From positions 5,668 to 69,667 of the forward strand of contig JAJXYH010000004.1 of NCBI GenBank assembly GCA_021780675.1: 64,000 nucleotides of DNA, given 5' to 3'. The stretch is from a bacterium. GTDB lineage: Bacteria > Patescibacteriota > Microgenomatia > Levybacterales > UBA12049. Of this stretch, positions 60,535-64,000 are shown piece by piece (within the stretch, counting starts at the first letter, position 1; each line of letters begins with the position of its first letter). The notes under the pieces were generated by a model. That model made no database searches. It was not told the origin of the DNA and saw only the letters and a list, made by a program, of their open reading frames with translations. The position numbers were made by a program, and so were the translations under genes.

Positions 60535-60660
60535 TGTGGACACAATCCAAATAAATTGGAATCAAATAGAAGACTATGTTTTTAAGTGGTATCCAATATT
60601 GCAGAGAAGAAGCCTAGCTTCGCTTTAAATAATTTTAGGAGATATCACAAGGTGTTATTT
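60535..60660 (+). repeat. direct repeat R1 (~125 bp), near-identical to R2 at 61636-61765
   Basis: tgtggacacaatccaaataaattggaatcaaatagaagactatgtttttaagtggtatccaatattg(c/t)agagaagaagcctagcttcgctttaa is shared; ~95% identical over the first ~100 bp. Confidence 0.7.
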
Positions 60661-60669
60661 GAACTTAAT

Positions 60670-60909
60670 TTAAATTAATCTGCTAACAAAAAGAACAATT
60701 AATGCTCCGCCAATTGCAACCGCAAAGGAAACTAAATTAAACCCCGTTACTCCAACATTTAAAAACATTTCTCCTAAATATCCACCAACTACAGCACCTA
60801 TCACGCCCAATATAATTGACCCTATTATTCCACCTCTAAATCCAGGAGAAATAAAATTTGCTATGGTTCCAGTAATTAATCCAAAAATTAACCAATAAAT
60901 TATACTCAT
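60670..60909 (-). CDS. GlsB/YeaQ/YmgE family transglycosylase-associated small membrane protein
   Basis: 79 aa, Gly-rich TM helices (ITGTIANFI...GGIIGSIILGVIGAVVGGYLG). Confidence 0.65.
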   Translation of the reverse strand: MSIIYWLIFGLITGTIANFISPGFRGGIIGSIILGVIGAVVGGYLGEMFLNVGVTGFNLVSFAVAIGGALIVLFVSRLI

Positions 60910-60958
60910 ATTCTTTTCACATCCTTTCTAAAACCTAATTTTAAAAACAACAAGCTAC

Positions 60959-61348
60959 TTAAGCCTGTTGTTTTTTACCTGAAAGTATTCTTAATAACTT
61001 TACAATCCCTACTGCTAATACTGCATATACAACTACTGCAACTATTGTCGCTGGCTCTAAGACTGCTGTTGTGACCGCACCTTGTCCTGTGGCTTGTTGA
61101 AATATTCCCTGAAAGGGAACTACAAAAATACTCGTAATACCATAAATAAAACCTACAAAAACGCTATATCCATTGGCTCCTGTTAGTCTTAATATTAACC
61201 TAAAAATTAATAGTATTTCTAATGCACCAAATATAAAATAAATTAAATATTCTATTGTTTGATAGCTTGTTGCTTGTTCACTACTCGTTGAAACCGCAAC
61301 TGGAGTATTATTCTGTGTGTTTACTGTCTCTTTTACTAATTCTGCCAT
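60959..61348 (-). CDS. YggT-like small membrane protein
   Basis: ILLIFRLILRL and a second TM repeat. Assignment tentative. Confidence 0.4.
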   Translation of the reverse strand: MAELVKETVNTQNNTPVAVSTSSEQATSYQTIEYLIYFIFGALEILLIFRLILRLTGANGYSVFVGFIYGITSIFVVPFQGIFQQATGQGAVTTAVLEPATIVAVVVYAVLAVGIVKLLRILSGKKQQA

Positions 61349-61592
61349 TCTTTTTCACATCCTCTCTTATATCAACTTTTTTGATAATTGTTTCTTTTGG
61401 TAAATACTGAATTAATGCTTTTTCTACAAGGCCGGTAAGCGTCAAGTCTTCAATGATTGCTTGAGCCTTAGCCTGCTTTGCGATTGAGGAATTAATAAAA
61501 AGAGTTACTCTTTGGATGTTGTTAGTTGTCATACTTGATATATTACAACTAATTGAAGTACTTGTCAATGTATCAATACTGCCTTTTGCCAA
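61308..61592 (-). CDS. small hypothetical protein, possibly ribbon-helix-helix; true start probably the internal Met (~61532)
   Basis: MTTNNIQRVTLFINSSIAKQAKAQAIIEDLTLTGLVEKALIQYL resembles a CopG/RHH fold. The N-terminal 20 aa overlap the upstream gene. Confidence 0.3.
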   Translation of the reverse strand: MAKGSIDTLTSTSISCNISSMTTNNIQRVTLFINSSIAKQAKAQAIIEDLTLTGLVEKALIQYLPKETIIKKVDIREDVKKNGRISKRDSKHTE

Positions 61593-61641
61593 ATAAAAAA
61601 GGATTAGATTGTATTATCAACCTAATCCTTTAATTTGTGGA
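61591..61641 (+). repeat. 51-bp copy of the tmRNA terminator hairpin plus the last 10 nt of the tmRNA 3' end (direct repeat of 62575-62625)
   Basis: aaataaaaaaggattagattgtattatcaacctaatcctttaatttgtgga is identical at both sites. Confidence 0.75.
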
Positions 61642-61765
61642 CACAATCCAAATAAATTGGAATCAAATAGAAGACTATGTTTTTAAGTGGTATCCAATAT
61701 TGTAGAGAAGAAGCCTAGCTTCGCTTTAAGTTATTTAAGTTGTTATCACAGGGTGGTGTTGGAAC
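61636..61765 (+). repeat. direct repeat R2 (see R1)
   Basis: See R1. Confidence 0.7.
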
Positions 61766-61805
61766 TGTTGATAAAGATAGTTAATTTATTTATACTCGTA
61801 GTATT

Positions 61806-62576
61806 ATGACCGATGGACAAGAAATACCACAATATCTTCCTCTCCCAGAGTTTATGAAGCAAATTGAAAGTGGTGATTTTGACCTTGCTCAACTTAGAAC
61901 AACAGTAGGTCAGTTAAGCGAGACGACATTTGGACAAAATTTAAATAAATACCTTGATTTTGTAACCAGCAATACTGGGGCACACGCTATATTAAGAGGA
62001 GAGCTGCATCCACGAGGCGTAGAGTCAGAGTTTGCCCACGGCAACTTACCTATTAGACAAGAAGTTGCAAGACGCATTGAGCAGAGCACTGGTTTTCATT
62101 TTGACCCTGCAGTATCAACACCTGAGCAAAGAGAAGAAATTTGGGGAGCACTTCAAGAATTTACAGGAGTTCAAGTTGATGGTGCAACAAGAGAAAAAAT
62201 AAATTTAGGAATACCAGATAAGTTTCCACCAAGTGTTTATAGAATACCTTGGATAGGGGAAGACGAGGTTATTATTAGACAAGATGAGATTTATGCAATT
62301 GATAGAGATGTTAAGCCTGGTCATATTCTTAATGCATCAGAACATACATACACTGTGTTTAAGGGCGGAGCCTTGAAAGGTGTTCTCTCTATGACAGAAT
62401 TAAGTGATTATGAAAAAGAGAAGGGTAAGAGTACTGTCTATGCAAGAGTTTCGCCTAAACCTCTTTCTCAAACTTATTTTACTGATAAAATCTCTGGTAA
62501 AGCGAGAAATGAATTTGTTTATCTAAATTCTAGTTCACCTTATTTGCAGCCAGCAAGACCTCATACAGGCGCTTAA
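61806..62576 (+). CDS. hypothetical protein carried between the two 51-bp direct repeats at the tmRNA 3' end
   Basis: 256 aa, no recognisable motifs. Composition less AT-rich than the flanks. Confidence 0.4.
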   Translation: MTDGQEIPQYLPLPEFMKQIESGDFDLAQLRTTVGQLSETTFGQNLNKYLDFVTSNTGAHAILRGELHPRGVESEFAHGNLPIRQEVARRIEQSTGFHFDPAVSTPEQREEIWGALQEFTGVQVDGATREKINLGIPDKFPPSVYRIPWIGEDEVIIRQDEIYAIDRDVKPGHILNASEHTYTVFKGGALKGVLSMTELSDYEKEKGKSTVYARVSPKPLSQTYFTDKISGKARNEFVYLNSSSPYLQPARPHTGA

Positions 62577-62625
62577 ATAAAAAAGGATTAGATTGTATTA
62601 TCAACCTAATCCTTTAATTTGTGGA
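62575..62625 (+). repeat. 51-bp direct repeat copy 2: tmRNA terminator hairpin (62581-62617) plus tmRNA 3' end
   Basis: See 61591-61641. Confidence 0.75.
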
Positions 62626-63032
62626 GATGTCGGGAAGTGATCCCGAGTCCAAGAATGTAATGTAAAAAAATCTACAAGCTTATTCTACTTTTAAAAGTCG
62701 CAATATTTTTTTCCAGTAGAAGGGAATAAATACTGCCAAGATTATAAATTCGATAAGGACTCAATCAAATTCCTTATTAATTCTTAGGCTAAGTTTATGC
62801 CCAAAATTTTCCACCTAAGCGAGAAAATAAAGGACATCTCAAAGCTTACTTAAGCAGCTAGTGCTAAAGCAGGTCGAGAACCATAAAGTTCGGCGAGAAT
62901 TGCGTCTCTTTCCGCCTTTAAGGCTGAAATGCTATTTTTAGCATTTATTGTTTGATTATTCTTTAGCGTCTATTAATCAAAGACGGCTTGCGTTTTTTAA
63001 AGTGCGAATCTTGTCGATGCAATTGCATCCCC
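62622..63032 (-). ncRNA. ssrA: tmRNA (ssrA)
   Basis: On the minus strand: 5' GGGGATG pairs with 3' CATCTCC-A (tRNA-like acceptor), T-arm-like CGGG-ATCACTT-CCCG. An internal tag reading frame ends ...GCT TTA GCA CTA GCT GCT TAA = ...ALALAA*. Adjacent to smpB. Confidence 0.7.
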
Positions 63033-63093
63033 GTAACAAGTATTATAGCTTATAATACGCTTTATTGTCAAGTTTTCTAGCCTCAAATTAGCC

Positions 63094-63525
63094 TCAAGAT
63101 AATTCCTGGTCTAGTCGGCGTTTTATGTCCCGTTTTTTAATGCTTTCCCGCTTTTCGTATTTTTTCTTGCCCTTCCCAAGCGCAAGCTCAAGTTTTACAA
63201 ATCCGTGTTTAAGATATAAAGACACCGGCACAACCGAAAGGTTTGCGCCGTCGGTTTTTGTTTTTAAAGCAATTATTTCTTTCTTATGAAGCAGTAATTT
63301 TCTGGTCCGCCTATCGTCATATCCTTCTATTTGTCCGGGCTGGTAGGCAAAAATCTTGGCATTTACCAAATATGCTTCGCTTCCGATAACACGGACAAAG
63401 CTTCCGTTTAAATCCGCCTTGCCAAGTCTTACGGATTTTACTTCGTGTCCAAATAAATTAATTCCGGCTTCAAACCGGTCTTGCAATTGATAGTCAAAAA
63501 ACGCTTTTCGGTTGGTAATTTTCAT
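63094..63525 (-). CDS. smpB: SsrA-binding protein SmpB
   Basis: FDYQLQDRFEAGINLFGHEVKS...C-terminal basic tail KKRDIKRRL. Confidence 0.85.
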   Translation of the reverse strand: MKITNRKAFFDYQLQDRFEAGINLFGHEVKSVRLGKADLNGSFVRVIGSEAYLVNAKIFAYQPGQIEGYDDRRTRKLLLHKKEIIALKTKTDGANLSVVPVSLYLKHGFVKLELALGKGKKKYEKRESIKKRDIKRRLDQELS

Positions 63526-63564
63526 AACTTCATGATACTTTATAAATTGTAAAATGTAAATTTG

Positions 63565-64000
63565 ATGAATAGATTCAGCAAATATCTTAATTTTTTAATC
63601 TTATTAATCTTCGCGGCAACTGTTTTTTTTAGAGGTGTGGTAATTATCGACCCCGATCTTGGTTGGCATTTAAGAGAAGGGCAGTTGATTTTACAAAGCG
63701 GAATTCCGGCAACCGACCCCTTTTCTTATACAATGTCAAGCTACGCTTTTATTGACCACGAGTGGATGCAAAATGTAATAATGTACTCGGTTTTTAATAG
63801 TTTCGGAATGTTTGGTTTAGCGTTTTTTTATGCGGTTATTTTTGCAGGAATCTTCTTCGTAATTTCAACCAATAAATTTAATAACTTTACACCCATTCCG
63901 CTGCTTTTAACAGGGCTGATAATGCTGGATTTTACAGGAGTAAGGACACAAGAAGTAACCTGGCTTTTTTTGGCAATTCTTTTAAGGATAATTTTAGATA
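63565..64000 (+). CDS. polytopic membrane protein, N-terminal part (runs off window end)
   Basis: ATG at 63565, then MNRFSKYLNFLILLIFAATVFF... with several hydrophobic helices. No stop before 64000. Confidence 0.4.
   Translation, partial: MNRFSKYLNFLILLIFAATVFFRGVVIIDPDLGWHLREGQLILQSGIPATDPFSYTMSSYAFIDHEWMQNVIMYSVFNSFGMFGLAFFYAVIFAGIFFVISTNKFNNFTPIPLLLTGLIMLDFTGVRTQEVTWLFLAILLRIILD

Overview
Annotation was done by eye from the sequence and ORF track with no database searches, so every family assignment rests on recognised motifs. The window is low-GC and gene-dense. It is consistent with a reduced Patescibacteria/CPR-type or similar small genome; that taxonomy is inference only. TGA works as a stop codon (ATGA overlaps) and TAA ends conserved genes, so the standard code 11 applies.

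The window spans the chromosomal replication origin. rpmH-rnpA-yidD-yidC-jag runs on the minus strand and dnaA-dnaN on the plus strand, with perfect TTATCCACA DnaA boxes on both sides of dnaA. Housekeeping operons are present: dnaG-rpoD, ruvCAB, pyk, purA, valS, rplY, rnhA and smpB. A tmRNA (ssrA) sits next to smpB. There are six tRNAs: Asn, Arg and four tRNA-Ser isoacceptors clustered within about 12 kb.

The most notable feature is a minimal type IV secretion-like locus that begins one base after dnaN (31966-46071). It contains a C39/CHAP-like cysteine peptidase, a VirB4-family ATPase that appears split into two ORFs, and a PrgI/VirB3-like protein fused to a carboxypeptidase-regulatory-like beta domain. 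Four tandem VirB2/TrbC-type pilin paralogs follow, two with large cysteine-rich ectodomains, plus an unusual regulator (AAA-like domain plus OmpR-type winged helix) and a VirB6-like polytopic protein. No coupling protein, relaxase or VirB11 lies in the window.

Other notable items:
- A GC-richer island of large unknown proteins (51265-56007) sits next to tRNA-Ser(GGA); one protein has a long glycine-zipper segment.
- There are signs of past site-specific integration at the tmRNA 3' end and at tRNA-Asn. These are duplicated 3' ends and direct repeats, with no integrase present.
- There are three likely pseudogenes. A GDPD gene is frameshifted in an A7 run, comM is truncated, and comFC is interrupted by an in-frame TAA.
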